Below, in pieces: positions 40,461-50,997 of a stretch of 64,000 bases of DNA (position 1 is the first letter of the stretch; the number at the start of each line of letters is the position of its first letter). The notes below the pieces were generated by a model. The model saw only the letters and a list, made by a program, of their open reading frames with translations, was not told the origin of the DNA and ran no database searches. This stretch comes from a bacterium. GTDB taxonomy: Bacteria; SZUA-182; DTGQ01. The stretch is taken from the NCBI GenBank assembly GCA_040752695.1, contig JBFMGO010000021.1:1-64000 (forward strand). The letters are read 5' to 3'. A program made the translations under genes and the position numbers.

Positions 40461-43142
40461 TTAAGGCCTTATGGGCTCTATAATTTCCCTCAAGATTCGA
40501 AGCAGATCGGCCAGGGCAAACGGTTTTTGAAGAAACCGAAATCCCCTCTCTTGTATAAGAGGCCATTGGGACTTTTGGTCAGTATAGCCACTCATCAGTA
40601 AAACCTGCAGGCTGGGTCGGCAGAAGAGAAATCGGTCAACCAATTCAATTCCTGACTGATCTGGCAATACCACATCACTCAGCACAAGGTCAAATACTCC
40701 TTTTTCCTGCTCAAAAGCATTCAGTCCCTCTTGTCCATTGGAGGCTTCTGTCACAGTATAATTATTCTTACGAAGCACCCCTGTCACCAGCTTGCGAACC
40801 ATCTCATCATCTTCCACTACCAATATCCGCTCCCCCTTGCCATGAAACTTCCGCAGGGGAATTATCTCTTCTACCTGCCTTTTTATCCTGGCGGGAATGG
40901 CTGGCAGGTAGATCTTGAACACCGAGCCTTGTCCCGGCTCGCTATGGACATTAATCCAGCCCTCATGCTGCTTGACGATACCGTAGACCACAGACAGGCC
41001 AAGCCCGGTCCCTTTTCCCACCTCTTTTGTGGTGAAAAAGGGCTCGAAAATCCGCTTAACGGTCTTTCCATCCATACCGTATCCCGTATCGGTAATCGAG
41101 AGACAGACAAATTGGCCCGCTCGTGCATCAGGAATATCATGAGAATTGTTTTCATCCAGGAATACATTTTCCGTTTTGATGATGAGTCGCCCTCCCCTGG
41201 GCATGGCATCCCTTGCATTAACTGCCAGATTCATGATTACCTGCTCAATGGTTCCCTCATCAGCCTTCATTGGCCAGAGTTCAGGCTCCAGGGTGGTAAT
41301 AATGGTAATGTCCTCACCAATGAGACGATGAAGCATTTTAAGCAGATTTTCAATTAATCTGTTAAGATCAAGGGGATTAAACTCCATTGGCTGCCTGCGG
41401 CTGAAAAGAAGTAACTGGCGAGTAAGATTGGCTGCCCGGCCAACAGCTAACCTGACCTGGTTAAGATCCCTGGAGAGAGGATCGGTATCGGATGTTTTCA
41501 TCATAGCCAGAGCATTATATCCCTGGATACTGGTCAAGAGATTATTGAAGTCGTGGGCTATCCCGCCGGCCAGAAGGCCAACGGCCTCCATCTTTTGAGA
41601 TTGAAAAAGCTGAAGCTGGATATCCTGCTTTTCCTTTTCGATCCTTTTACGTTCGGTAGTATCACGCGTAATTGCCATTACCGCGGGCTTTCCTCCATAT
41701 TGTATCAGGCTGGTAGTTACCTCGACATCTTTTACCGTACCGTCCTTACCGATAAGTTTTACCTCAAAAAAGGAAGGGACCTTTTCCCCCGCCAGATGTG
41801 ATCTGTATCTTCTGGCGGCCGGCTCTCTGAATTCTGGAGAGATTGTCGCTAAATAAGACGTTCCTATCAATTCTTCGACTGTACAACCCACCATTTGTGC
41901 TCCAGCCTTATTAACAAATGTAATGACTCCCTGCTGGAAAATGGCAACTCCATCTTTTGCCTGTTCCACCAGAGTCGAATATTTTTCCTCTGATTCTCTG
42001 AGTGCATCCTCTGCCGTTTTCCGCTCAGTTATATCCTTAAAATCCTCTATAACGCCTAACACGGCCCCATCGGGTCTTTTCAAGGGAGTTACGGTCAGAA
42101 TACAGGGAATTTTCATGCCTTCTCTAACGTGCAACTCCGTATCGCACACTAACAGCCGTTCACTATTGGCAAAGTGTTTTATTGGACAAAGTGGAGTTTC
42201 ACAAAGAGAATCCTTCAATATTTCCCAGCATTTTTTACCTGTGATCTCGTCCTTATTCATACCCAGCATAGTGCATAAGGTATTGTTAACTCTAAGGATA
42301 GTGCCTTCTATACCAATCACGCACATCCCATCGGCCGCAGTATTGAATATCTGATTGAGTTCCATATAGGCGCTTTTGATATCATCCTTGCTTTCCTTCA
42401 AAGCATCTTCAGCCCGCTTGCGCTCGACCATAGTACCGATCAAATTTGCCGCAGTCTGCAACCGCTTTTTGGCAAGTTCAATGAGAAAAGCAGGACGGGA
42501 CGCATATCTGTTGGCCTCCTCTATGAGCTCATCAATGCCAAGATGATACCTTTGTGCAATTTCTTTCAGCTTTTGGCGATCTTTCGGCGGATCGCCGTAT
42601 CCAAAGTTGATAGATCCGACTATTTCGCCTTCAGCCCACAGGGGAATAGCATAAATATGGATACCTCCACGGCATTCGATATCTACCGGCTGGCCCGTTT
42701 CCATGGAAAGTCTGGAAGCTTCATTCCAGCACGACTCATGGCAGTGCCACTTACCGCTTGCTAATGCCTTCCGGTTATCCTGTGTGTCACACAAATTGCG
42801 GGAGGCGTTGTCGAGTAAGCGGCACCAGCCGGAAGCAAAAATGCCAAGGGCGTAATCTCCACTCTTCTCATATACTGCCGATGAGGTATCAAGCAAGTCA
42901 AGAACATCTTCCGTAATATCAAAGAGAGCATCTTCTCCTACAGCCTCAACCAGGATACGGCAGGTATTGAGCTTGCCGAGGTTACCATAAGGCTGCTCAT
43001 AAGGCTTTTTTTGGCTCGATCTTGGCTCAATGCTTTTCTTCAGCAGCCACTCGATGCTCTGTGGCTGGTCTTTTGCTTTCTCTTTATCTCTCATGATATT
43101 TGCCTTTATATATTTGGCTAACTTTTCGGGAAATAAGTTCAA
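40461..43142 (-). CDS. PocR-PAS-PAS hybrid histidine kinase
   Basis: PocR-like SGWCRLL..CHESCW..ECRGG; AGGIAHDFNNLL; NLAVNARDAM; C-terminal receiver (VVEDD, SDVVLP); start uncertain. Confidence 0.9.
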   Translation of the reverse strand: MNLFPEKLAKYIKANIMRDKEKAKDQPQSIEWLLKKSIEPRSSQKKPYEQPYGNLGKLNTCRILVEAVGEDALFDITEDVLDLLDTSSAVYEKSGDYALGIFASGWCRLLDNASRNLCDTQDNRKALASGKWHCHESCWNEASRLSMETGQPVDIECRGGIHIYAIPLWAEGEIVGSINFGYGDPPKDRQKLKEIAQRYHLGIDELIEEANRYASRPAFLIELAKKRLQTAANLIGTMVERKRAEDALKESKDDIKSAYMELNQIFNTAADGMCVIGIEGTILRVNNTLCTMLGMNKDEITGKKCWEILKDSLCETPLCPIKHFANSERLLVCDTELHVREGMKIPCILTVTPLKRPDGAVLGVIEDFKDITERKTAEDALRESEEKYSTLVEQAKDGVAIFQQGVITFVNKAGAQMVGCTVEELIGTSYLATISPEFREPAARRYRSHLAGEKVPSFFEVKLIGKDGTVKDVEVTTSLIQYGGKPAVMAITRDTTERKRIEKEKQDIQLQLFQSQKMEAVGLLAGGIAHDFNNLLTSIQGYNALAMMKTSDTDPLSRDLNQVRLAVGRAANLTRQLLLFSRRQPMEFNPLDLNRLIENLLKMLHRLIGEDITIITTLEPELWPMKADEGTIEQVIMNLAVNARDAMPRGGRLIIKTENVFLDENNSHDIPDARAGQFVCLSITDTGYGMDGKTVKRIFEPFFTTKEVGKGTGLGLSVVYGIVKQHEGWINVHSEPGQGSVFKIYLPAIPARIKRQVEEIIPLRKFHGKGERILVVEDDEMVRKLVTGVLRKNNYTVTEASNGQEGLNAFEQEKGVFDLVLSDVVLPDQSGIELVDRFLFCRPSLQVLLMSGYTDQKSQWPLIQERGFRFLQKPFALADLLRILREIIEPIRP

Positions 43143-43203
43143 TTTATATTATACACCATTAAAAGCCATGGTGTTAGCGATAAATCAGATGCTTCACATC
43201 TGT

Positions 43204-43223
43204 CAGGAGCGCACAGGAGCGCA
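43204..43223. repeat. 10-nt tandem duplication
   Basis: caggagcgca x2. Confidence 0.7.
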
Positions 43224-43489
43224 CAAAATTTGAAATTAAAGTAAGTATCTGGTATGATAAGCACGTATAATGCAATAATGCTGCTCTATGGAAGCAAGGG
43301 GGCGCTCGCTGTTAGGATAAGCGGATGCAAGTAACGCATAACTCCAGGAGAATCCATAATACCTGGCAAGGCAGGCTTTGCTGCCCGCCTTAAAAACACT
43401 CGCACAATAACAGTATCCTGCGGTGCTATCATGGAAGCCTTGATGGAACAGAAAACTGATACAAAACCAAAAAGCATAAAATTGGACAA

Positions 43490-44821
43490 ATGAGCCAAAA
43501 AGCGGCATTATTTACTTTAGGCTGCAAGCTGAATCAATATGAAACCATGTTCTTGCAGGAACAGTTGGAGAAATGCGGATATGACATCGTTCCTTTTGAG
43601 AGCATGGCGGATGTGTACGTTGTCAATACCTGCACGGTTACCAATAAGGGAGATTATCACTCCAGGATGAAGATCAGGCAGGCCCGGCACACGAATCCAG
43701 ACGCTCTGATCGTGGCCACGGGGTGTTCCGCACAGGTGAATCCGCACAAGCTGGCCGGCATATCCGACCTTGTCCTGGGCAATGCGGAAAAAGGGGATCT
43801 GATCCACTATCTGGCTTCCTGGAAGAAAAGGGACTGTGCGGATATCCGGGTAAGCGGGCTCGATCGTCAAAGCCGGTTTCAGCCTTATTTTATCAGCCGT
43901 TTTTCCGGCTATACGCGGGCTTTTTTGAAGATTCAGGAAGGGTGCGATCAAAGATGCAGTTACTGCATCGTGCCGGCAGCCAGAGGGCGAAACCGCAGCG
44001 CCATCCCTGAGGATATCCTTTCGCAGGCCAGGCAACTGGTTGAGAATGGCTATCAGGAATTGGTCCTTACCGGCATTCATCTTGGCACCTATGGCCAGGA
44101 TTTAGCCCGTGAGCTGGAGAGAAAAATCACTCTTTGTGAATTGCTTGAGGCGTTGCTTGCCTGTACCGCTCGTAGCGGCAATGGATCGCTGCGCCTGCGG
44201 CTCAGTTCCATCGAACCGACGGAGTTTACAGAGGAACTGAAGCTCCTTTTGACCACATCTGCCCGGATCTGTGCTCACCTGCATGTACCTTTGCAAAGTG
44301 GTGATGACAGCATCCTCAAAGCGATGCACCGGCCCTATACGAGCGCTTTCTACAAAGAGCTGATCGAAGAATTGGTTTCCAAAAGGCCCGAGATGGCCAT
44401 CGGAGCGGATATCATGGTGGGCTTTCCGGGGGAAACCGAAGAGAGCTTTCAAAGGACCGTTCAATTCGTCGAAGCCCTGCCCCTTGCTTATCTTCACGTT
44501 TTCAAGTATTCTCCCCGGCCGGGAACTGAGGCGGCCAGCCTTTCGCATCAGATTGACGGCCAGACCAAAAAGGAGCGGTGTACACTTTTGCGACAGGTGA
44601 GCAGGAGCACGTCATACCGTTTCAGACGCCGTTTTCTGCACACTTGCCTCCCGGCACTGGTTCTGGAGCAAAAGGACCGGCAAACCGGCCGTCACATAGC
44701 CCTTTCGGGAAATTACATCAAAGTGGTGACCGAAGGGGCAAAGGACCTGGTAAATCAGCAGGTCAGCGTGGAAATAACTGATGTTTCAGAAGGCAGCACG
44801 ATGGGGAAAGTAGTCCCATAA
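43490..44821 (+). CDS. mtaB: tRNA methylthiotransferase MtaB
   Basis: TLGCKLNQYE, NTCTVT, KIQEGCDQRCSYC, LTGIHLG, RLSSIEP, HVFKYSPRPGT. Confidence 0.93.
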   Translation: MSQKAALFTLGCKLNQYETMFLQEQLEKCGYDIVPFESMADVYVVNTCTVTNKGDYHSRMKIRQARHTNPDALIVATGCSAQVNPHKLAGISDLVLGNAEKGDLIHYLASWKKRDCADIRVSGLDRQSRFQPYFISRFSGYTRAFLKIQEGCDQRCSYCIVPAARGRNRSAIPEDILSQARQLVENGYQELVLTGIHLGTYGQDLARELERKITLCELLEALLACTARSGNGSLRLRLSSIEPTEFTEELKLLLTTSARICAHLHVPLQSGDDSILKAMHRPYTSAFYKELIEELVSKRPEMAIGADIMVGFPGETEESFQRTVQFVEALPLAYLHVFKYSPRPGTEAASLSHQIDGQTKKERCTLLRQVSRSTSYRFRRRFLHTCLPALVLEQKDRQTGRHIALSGNYIKVVTEGAKDLVNQQVSVEITDVSEGSTMGKVVP

Positions 44822-44931
44822 GGGTATGAAAGCGATAGGGAAAAAGTCTGAATTTTTGGGTCTTGCAAAAGAAATGGCTCTTTGCTACCATTGAGCGAAA
44901 TGAACGAAGAAGAATAGAGGAGAGTGAAGAA

Positions 44932-46650
44932 GTGCGATTTTCTCAAGGCTTAATCAATACAAGCAGGGAAATACCGACCGAGGCGGAGATTATCAGCCAC
45001 CAATTGATGTTGCGGGCCGGGATGATCAGAAAAGTAGCGGCGGGTGTTTATATGTATCTGCCACTGGGATATCGGGTCATTCGCAAGATTGAAAACATCA
45101 TTCGGGAGGAGATGAACCGTGCCGGGGCACTGGAGGTGCATCTGCCGGTGTTGTGTCCTTCGGAACTGTGGCAGGAAAGCGGGCGGTGGTCCCTGTACGG
45201 ACCGGAGTTGATGCGGGTGCATGATCGGCACAACCGGGAATTTTGCCTTGGGCCGACCCATGAGGAGGTCATTACCGATCTGGTCCGGCGTGAGGTTCGG
45301 TCTTACCGGCAATTGCCACTTAACTTATACCAGATCCAGACCAAGTTCCGTGATGAAATCCGACCCCGGTTCGGGCTGATGAGGGGCAGGGAATTTATCA
45401 TGAAGGACGCCTACAGCTTTGACCGCGACGATGCAGGAGCTGACATCAATTACCAGAAGATGAAGGAAACCTACCAGAATATCTTTCGGCGGTGCGGGCT
45501 GGTGTTCAAGGCTGTTGATGCTGATACGGGGGCAATCGGCGGGAATTTCTCGCACGAGTTCATGGTGCTGGCAGAGTCGGGAGAGGACAGTATTGCCAGT
45601 TGCACGCAGTGCGAGTATGGCTCGAACGTTGAAAAAGCGACCTATGCTCTTCCCCCTGAATCACCTGCAAAGGACCCTTCCACTTGGCAGGAACTTAAGT
45701 CCGTATCGACCCCCGACCTCAAGTCGGTCCAGGATGTTGCCTCGTTTTTAGGGATCAGTCCGGCACAGCTCGTAAAAACGCTGCTGGTCATAGTCGATGG
45801 CACTCCCGTGGCCGTATTGATCCGGGGAGACCACGAGTTAAACGAGATCAAATTGAAAAACCTGACCGCAGCGGCCCAGATCACTATGGCTGATGCGGAA
45901 ACGATCGAATCGCTGACAGGCGGCAGTGTGGGATTCAGCGGTCCGGTAGGCTTGAACAATGTGCGGGTACTTGCTGACTACTCGGTAAGAGACCTGGTTA
46001 ATTTCGTTGCAGGCGCGAATCGGAAAGACACCCATTTCGTCAACGTGAACTGGGGAAGGGATTGCCCAAGGCCGGAATTCCACGATCTGCGGACTGTTCA
46101 GGAAAATGACCCCTGCCCCCTGTGCCAGGGGCCGATGAAGATCAATAAGGGGATAGAGGTAGGCCATATTTTCAAACTGGGGACCAAGTACAGTAAGGCT
46201 TTAAAAGCGACTTATCTCGATCAGAATGGTGAAGAGAAGATTATCGTGATGGGCTGCTATGGCATAGGAGTAGGAAGAACCATGGCTGCCTCGATCGAGC
46301 AGAATTACGATCAGGATGGAATTATCTGGCCTCTGCCCATTGCTCCATTTCAGGTCATAGTGTTGCCTACCGATACCACCGATAAAGATATCAGAGAGAC
46401 TGCTGAAACCATCTATCAGGAATTACTCGCTGCCGGCATAGAAGTGATTATCGATGATCGGGAAGAAAGACCTGGAGTCAAATTCAAGGACTCGGATTTG
46501 TTGGGCATCCCTCTTCGAATAACCATTGGCAGTAAGTCGTTGAAGCAAAATTCGGTAGAAGTTCGTATTCGAAAAACAGGCCAGATCATTCAGGTCCCGA
46601 AAGATGAATGCCGTCAAAAAATTCAAACGATGCTCGGTGAGATGCTTTGA
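44932..46650 (+). CDS. proS: Prolyl-tRNA synthetase
   Basis: SHQLMLRAG, LGPTHEE, FRDEIRPRFGLMRGREF, GIEVGHIFKLG, MGCYGIG; GTG start 44932. Confidence 0.97.
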   Translation: MRFSQGLINTSREIPTEAEIISHQLMLRAGMIRKVAAGVYMYLPLGYRVIRKIENIIREEMNRAGALEVHLPVLCPSELWQESGRWSLYGPELMRVHDRHNREFCLGPTHEEVITDLVRREVRSYRQLPLNLYQIQTKFRDEIRPRFGLMRGREFIMKDAYSFDRDDAGADINYQKMKETYQNIFRRCGLVFKAVDADTGAIGGNFSHEFMVLAESGEDSIASCTQCEYGSNVEKATYALPPESPAKDPSTWQELKSVSTPDLKSVQDVASFLGISPAQLVKTLLVIVDGTPVAVLIRGDHELNEIKLKNLTAAAQITMADAETIESLTGGSVGFSGPVGLNNVRVLADYSVRDLVNFVAGANRKDTHFVNVNWGRDCPRPEFHDLRTVQENDPCPLCQGPMKINKGIEVGHIFKLGTKYSKALKATYLDQNGEEKIIVMGCYGIGVGRTMAASIEQNYDQDGIIWPLPIAPFQVIVLPTDTTDKDIRETAETIYQELLAAGIEVIIDDREERPGVKFKDSDLLGIPLRITIGSKSLKQNSVEVRIRKTGQIIQVPKDECRQKIQTMLGEML

Positions 46651-46797
46651 GTAAGGGATGATATCCTCAATATTAGGCAATGGACGGGATGCTCTTACCT
46701 AAAAAGAGGTGGAGTCCTGATTGGCAACCGGTTTTCCTGGCAATGGCTAAAATTCATTTGAGAAGGACTCACGAGAAAGAAGAGGGGTGAAAATATT

Positions 46798-47094
46798 ATG
46801 GGCAAAAACAGGGAAAAGCTGAAAGCCATGATACGTGAGCTGGGTGAGGCCATAAGCGACAACCTGATACAATCAAATGCTGTTCAGGATGTGCTGCAAA
46901 GGATTAAGGATCATGGGTATCATGTGGATCTGTCTTTGGCCGTTGGAGTCTGTTTATATAAAGACCATTTGGAAGAGGGCCTGACAGCTTCTCCCGTGCC
47001 TGAAAAAAAAGAGGAGCTTGCGTTTGAGATGAACCAGAGTGACTTGGAATTTCTCAATTCACTTGGCATCAGGATTGACAAGGAAACTGATTGA
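46798..47094 (+). CDS. Hypothetical protein
   Basis: 98 aa, GAGGGGTG RBS, 21 nt upstream of trpB2. Confidence 0.7.
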   Translation: MGKNREKLKAMIRELGEAISDNLIQSNAVQDVLQRIKDHGYHVDLSLAVGVCLYKDHLEEGLTASPVPEKKEELAFEMNQSDLEFLNSLGIRIDKETD

Positions 47095-47115
47095 AGAAAG
47101 AGGAGAGAAATAACC

Positions 47116-48471
47116 ATGCAGGATCGAAAAATAATGCTTTCCGAGGAGGAGATACCTTCGTCATGGTATAATATTCTTCCGGATCTGCCCACTCCCTTGA
47201 GCCCGCCATTGCATCCAGGCACGCATGAGCCGATCGGGCCCGAAGCTTTGCAGCCCATATTTCCCGATGCTCTGATTGAGCAGGAAGTAAGCAGTCAGGC
47301 TATCATACCTATCCCGGAGGAGGTCCGTGACGTTTACCGCCTCTGGCGTCCGACTCCCCTGGTCAGGGCTTATAACCTGGAAAAGAAGCTGAACACGCCT
47401 GCCAGGATTTATTACAAAAACGAGGGTGTGAGCCCGCCGGGAAGTCACAAGCCCAATACCGCCGTAGCCCAGGCCTACTATAACAAACAGGCCGGAGTGA
47501 GAAGGCTGGCGACGGAAACCGGAGCCGGACAGTGGGGAAGCGCACTGGCCTTTGCCTGCAATATTTTCGGTCTTCAATGCACCGTCTATATGGTCAAGAT
47601 CAGCTACCAGCAAAAGCCGTATCGCAGATCGATGATCAATGTCTGGGGTGCGGAAGTGACGCCGAGTCCCAGCACGAAAACCAAGGCGGGCCGCGATATT
47701 TTGGCCCAGGACCCGGATTCTTTAGGAAGTCTGGGAATCGCCATCAGCGAGGCCATAGAGGATGCTGCGCAGCACGAGGATACCAAGTACGCACTGGGAA
47801 GCGTCTTGAATCATGTGATGCTCCATCAGACCATCATCGGCCTTGAGACCAAGAAGCAGTTGCAGAAGGCCGGGCTTGAGCCGGACATCCTGGTGGGCTG
47901 CTGCGGGGGCGGAAGCAATTTCGCCGGATTGGCTTTCCCCTTCATCAGGGATAAAATCAATGGCAAGGATGTACGGATCATTGCGGTTGAGCCGACTGCC
48001 TGCCCCTCACTTACCCGTGGGGAATTCCGCTATGATTTCGGGGATACTGCCCATCTCACCCCATTACTTAAGATGTATACGCTGGGACATAGTTTTATTC
48101 CTCCGGGAATTCACGCTGGCGGACTCCGCTATCATGGGGCATCTCCTATTGTCAGCAACCTGCTGAACGAAGGAATTATCGAGGCTGTAGGATGTAAACA
48201 GACAGCCATATTCGAAAGTGCCCTGACCTTTGCACGAACCGAGGGCATCATCCCGGCTCCCGAATCAGCCCATGCCATCCGGTGTGTGATAGAGGAGGCG
48301 GAAAAGTGCCGTGAAGCAGGGGAAGAAAAGGTAATCGTCTTTTCACTCAGCGGGCACGGACATTTTGATTTAGCCTCTTATGACAGCTACCTGGCTCAGC
48401 AACTGAAGGATTATGAATACCCGGAAGAGAACATCCGTCAGGCACTCAGTCAACTGCCTGTCCTCGGATAA
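47116..48471 (+). CDS. trpB: Tryptophan synthase beta chain type 2 (TrpB2)
   Basis: [49 protein letters not shown]; no trpA nearby. Confidence 0.95.
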   Translation: MQDRKIMLSEEEIPSSWYNILPDLPTPLSPPLHPGTHEPIGPEALQPIFPDALIEQEVSSQAIIPIPEEVRDVYRLWRPTPLVRAYNLEKKLNTPARIYYKNEGVSPPGSHKPNTAVAQAYYNKQAGVRRLATETGAGQWGSALAFACNIFGLQCTVYMVKISYQQKPYRRSMINVWGAEVTPSPSTKTKAGRDILAQDPDSLGSLGIAISEAIEDAAQHEDTKYALGSVLNHVMLHQTIIGLETKKQLQKAGLEPDILVGCCGGGSNFAGLAFPFIRDKINGKDVRIIAVEPTACPSLTRGEFRYDFGDTAHLTPLLKMYTLGHSFIPPGIHAGGLRYHGASPIVSNLLNEGIIEAVGCKQTAIFESALTFARTEGIIPAPESAHAIRCVIEEAEKCREAGEEKVIVFSLSGHGHFDLASYDSYLAQQLKDYEYPEENIRQALSQLPVLG

Positions 48472-48521
48472 AAAGTTTTACGGATATGATCGTCAGATAA
48501 GAAGCTTTACGGATATGATCG
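48467..48521. repeat. 26-nt direct repeat (24/26 identical, period 29) overlapping trpB2 stop
   Basis: gataaaaagttttacggatatgatcg / gataagaagctttacggatatgatcg. Confidence 0.8.
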
Positions 48522-48563
48522 ATCGGTACGATCGAGAGAACAAAGCGAGAGAGGGGGAATGAA

Positions 48564-48677
48564 GTGGTAAGACGAAGATATTTCTATATAGCCTTGGCAG
48601 TCGTTATGGTGCTCTTGCTTCTGCCGGCGGCAGGATGCAGCATAAGGCCGAATATCCCCTGCATTCCGTGCCTCTAA
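48564..48677 (+). CDS. Putative small lipoprotein (37 aa), not in ORF track
   Basis: GAGGGGG RBS, GTG start; MVRRRYFYIALAVVMVLLLLPAAG|CSIRPNIPCIPCL*. Confidence 0.6.
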   Translation: MVRRRYFYIALAVVMVLLLLPAAGCSIRPNIPCIPCL

Positions 48678-48802
48678 GAAGAGGCGAAAAGGGATACTGG
48701 CCGAAGAGGGATTGATCCTTTTACATGTGGTCATTCCCTCTTTTTTGTCCAAAACCTTAAGGAGGACAAGACCCCCTTTTTTAAGAAAAAGATGAGAGGA
48801 AG

Positions 48803-49561
48803 ATGAATCGATTTAAAACTGCCGTCAAGAGGTGGCTTGTTTTTATGACCTTGATTTTTGGCCTGACAGGGTATTGGGGATGTACAAAACAGGAGAAAGT
48901 GCTTTCTGACTTTGATTTATATAAAGGGGGAACCAGCTCGTTCGAAAAGGAAAAGTTTCAGGAGGCCCGAAAATACTTTCAGGATATTGAAGTTATCTAC
49001 CCTGAAAGCCGATATCTTTCTCTGGCCAGAGTAGGAATTGCCAATACGTACTATGAGGAGGGTTTATACGACGAAGCTATCATAGAATATCAGAAAGTGC
49101 TGGAGTTTTATCCTTTAGGCAAACTCTCGGACTGGTCGCAGTATCGGATCGGAATGTGCCATTTCCTGCAAATACTGCCGGAAGACCGTGATCAGGAAGA
49201 AACGCGAAAAGCCTGTTCGGCCTTTGAAACATTCTTTTCCCAATATCCAAAAAGTCCGTTGGTGAATGAGGCAAGAGAAAAATACCAGATCTTAAGGGAC
49301 CGCCTTGGCGGTAATGAGCTATATGTGGCTAAATTTTACCTCAAAAATAAATCGTATCAGGTGGCAATCAGCCGGTTGCAGGGAATTTTGGTTCAATATC
49401 CCCAGTTCAGCCGGAAGGATGAGGTCCTCTATTACCTGGCTCAATCCTTCAGAAAAAGTGGCAATAAGGAATTGGAAGAGGAAATGGGTCGTACGTTAAC
49501 CAGTCAGTATCCCGATTCACCATTTACCCGGAAGCTGTTGCAGGAAAGAATCGACCCGTAA
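48803..49561 (+). CDS. bamD: Outer-membrane assembly lipoprotein BamD
   Basis: Lipoprotein Cys, TPRs, DRDQEET, ELYVAKFY, AISRL. Confidence 0.88.
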   Translation: MNRFKTAVKRWLVFMTLIFGLTGYWGCTKQEKVLSDFDLYKGGTSSFEKEKFQEARKYFQDIEVIYPESRYLSLARVGIANTYYEEGLYDEAIIEYQKVLEFYPLGKLSDWSQYRIGMCHFLQILPEDRDQEETRKACSAFETFFSQYPKSPLVNEAREKYQILRDRLGGNELYVAKFYLKNKSYQVAISRLQGILVQYPQFSRKDEVLYYLAQSFRKSGNKELEEEMGRTLTSQYPDSPFTRKLLQERIDP

Positions 49562-49626
49562 CTTAAAGGAAGCGGAATAAAAACGGATCTTTTATCGGGA
49601 GAAGGGGCCTGGCATTACCTAAGCCG

Positions 49627-49655
49627 TTGACTTTTTTTGTTTTTTCTTGTATATT
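49627..49655 (+). promoter_or_regulatory. sigma70-type promoter of HEPN gene
   Basis: TTGACT-17-TATATT. Confidence 0.55.
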
Positions 49656-49742
49656 CAAGGCGAGAGGTAAATATGCCTTTCGATATGGGCCGGGAAAAGA
49701 AACAATGATTGTGTGGGGTATAAGAAGAAAGGAGAGAATTAA

Positions 49743-50171
49743 GTGCACGACCCGAAGGATATAGCTGAAGCGTATTTAACAGAGAGCACCGTAGACATTG
49801 AAACTGCGCGGCTGACCAACATTAACGGATTGTACAGCCGTACTATCCATTTTTCCCAGGAATGTGTGGAAAAAATCACCAAGGCCTGTCTGGCCTTGCG
49901 TGAAATTTTTACGCGTGACCACAAGACCTCGACCTTATTTTTAGCCGTATTCAGAAATGAAATTGAACAAATTGACGAAATACAAAAAGCGGCCTTGATT
50001 TTGGAAAAACATGGTGCCAGGACGAGATTTCCACTCTATCAGCGGGGTGATCTCCCCTTATGGGTCCCATCCAAGGTGTACGGGCCGGAAGAGGCAGGAG
50101 ATGCCCTGAAGCAGGGAGAATTTATCTATAATACATTAAAGGCTTTTTTAGAAAAAGAGATGAATAAGTAG
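49743..50171 (+). CDS. HEPN-domain protein
   Basis: Y..TIHFSQECVEKITKACL, TRDH, TRFP, EEA..AL. Confidence 0.8.
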   Translation: MHDPKDIAEAYLTESTVDIETARLTNINGLYSRTIHFSQECVEKITKACLALREIFTRDHKTSTLFLAVFRNEIEQIDEIQKAALILEKHGARTRFPLYQRGDLPLWVPSKVYGPEEAGDALKQGEFIYNTLKAFLEKEMNK

Positions 50172-50267
50172 CCGCAGAGGGTGTTATTCATATGCTCTCG
50201 AGCAGCCTTATGACACCCATGCGGTGCTGGAAAAACTGGTGACGGGTTAACGGGAGGAGAAAGCTGA

Positions 50268-50990
50268 TTGATTCCTTTGAAAGATGATGTCCCGAGTACA
50301 AGCTTTCCCGCAGTTACGGTGGCTGTTATCGGTTTGAACTGTCTTGTTTTTATTTCTCAAATGCTTTTTGGAGCGGAAGGCGGCAGGCGGATTGTCTCGA
50401 CATTTGGAATCATCCCTTACGAATTGAGCCATTTCACGGATCTCCCGCCGTATACTCCTATCCCTTTACCGTTTACGCTCATTACCTCCATGTTTCTCCA
50501 CGGTGGCCTGGCCCACCTTGTCGGGAATATGCTCTATCTTTGGATCTTCGGTGATAATGTGGAAGACTCCATGGGACATGTACGGTTTGCAGTTTTTTAC
50601 CTCTTATGCGGCCTGGCTGCTGCCTTCACCCAGATTATCGTCGCACCTTCATCAACTATACCGATGATAGGAGCCAGCGGGGCGATATCAGGGGTCTTAG
50701 GCGCTTATTTACTTTTGTACCCCAGGGCGAAGGTGTTGACTTTGATTTTTTTGGGTTTCTTTATCGAAACCGTGAGAATTCCGGCAAGCCTTTTACTTTC
50801 CCTCTGGATCATTATTCAGGTTCTCAGCGGAGCTTCCAGTTTAGTTGCCCATTCATTATCCGGTGGAGTTGCCTGGTTTGCCCATATCGGCGGTTTCCTC
50901 ATGGGAATTTTGCTTATCTCCTCATTTAAAAAACCTCACAAGGGGCTTAGGATAAGGAAGTGGGCAGATAAAAACGAAATAAGGTGGTGA
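50268..50990 (+). CDS. Rhomboid intramembrane serine protease
   Basis: MFLHGG..HL.GNM, GASGAISG, AWFAHIGGF. Confidence 0.93.
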   Translation: MIPLKDDVPSTSFPAVTVAVIGLNCLVFISQMLFGAEGGRRIVSTFGIIPYELSHFTDLPPYTPIPLPFTLITSMFLHGGLAHLVGNMLYLWIFGDNVEDSMGHVRFAVFYLLCGLAAAFTQIIVAPSSTIPMIGASGAISGVLGAYLLLYPRAKVLTLIFLGFFIETVRIPASLLLSLWIIIQVLSGASSLVAHSLSGGVAWFAHIGGFLMGILLISSFKKPHKGLRIRKWADKNEIRW

Positions 50991-50997
50991 TTTCCTC

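Noticed and set aside
43236..43508. Minus-strand ORFs between the kinase and mtaB
   Set aside because: No RBS or motif, atypical composition; treated as intergenic
46721..46737. TGGCAAC sigma54-like site (also TGGCATT at 49610)
   Set aside because: The -12 element is TTCC or AAGC rather than TTGC
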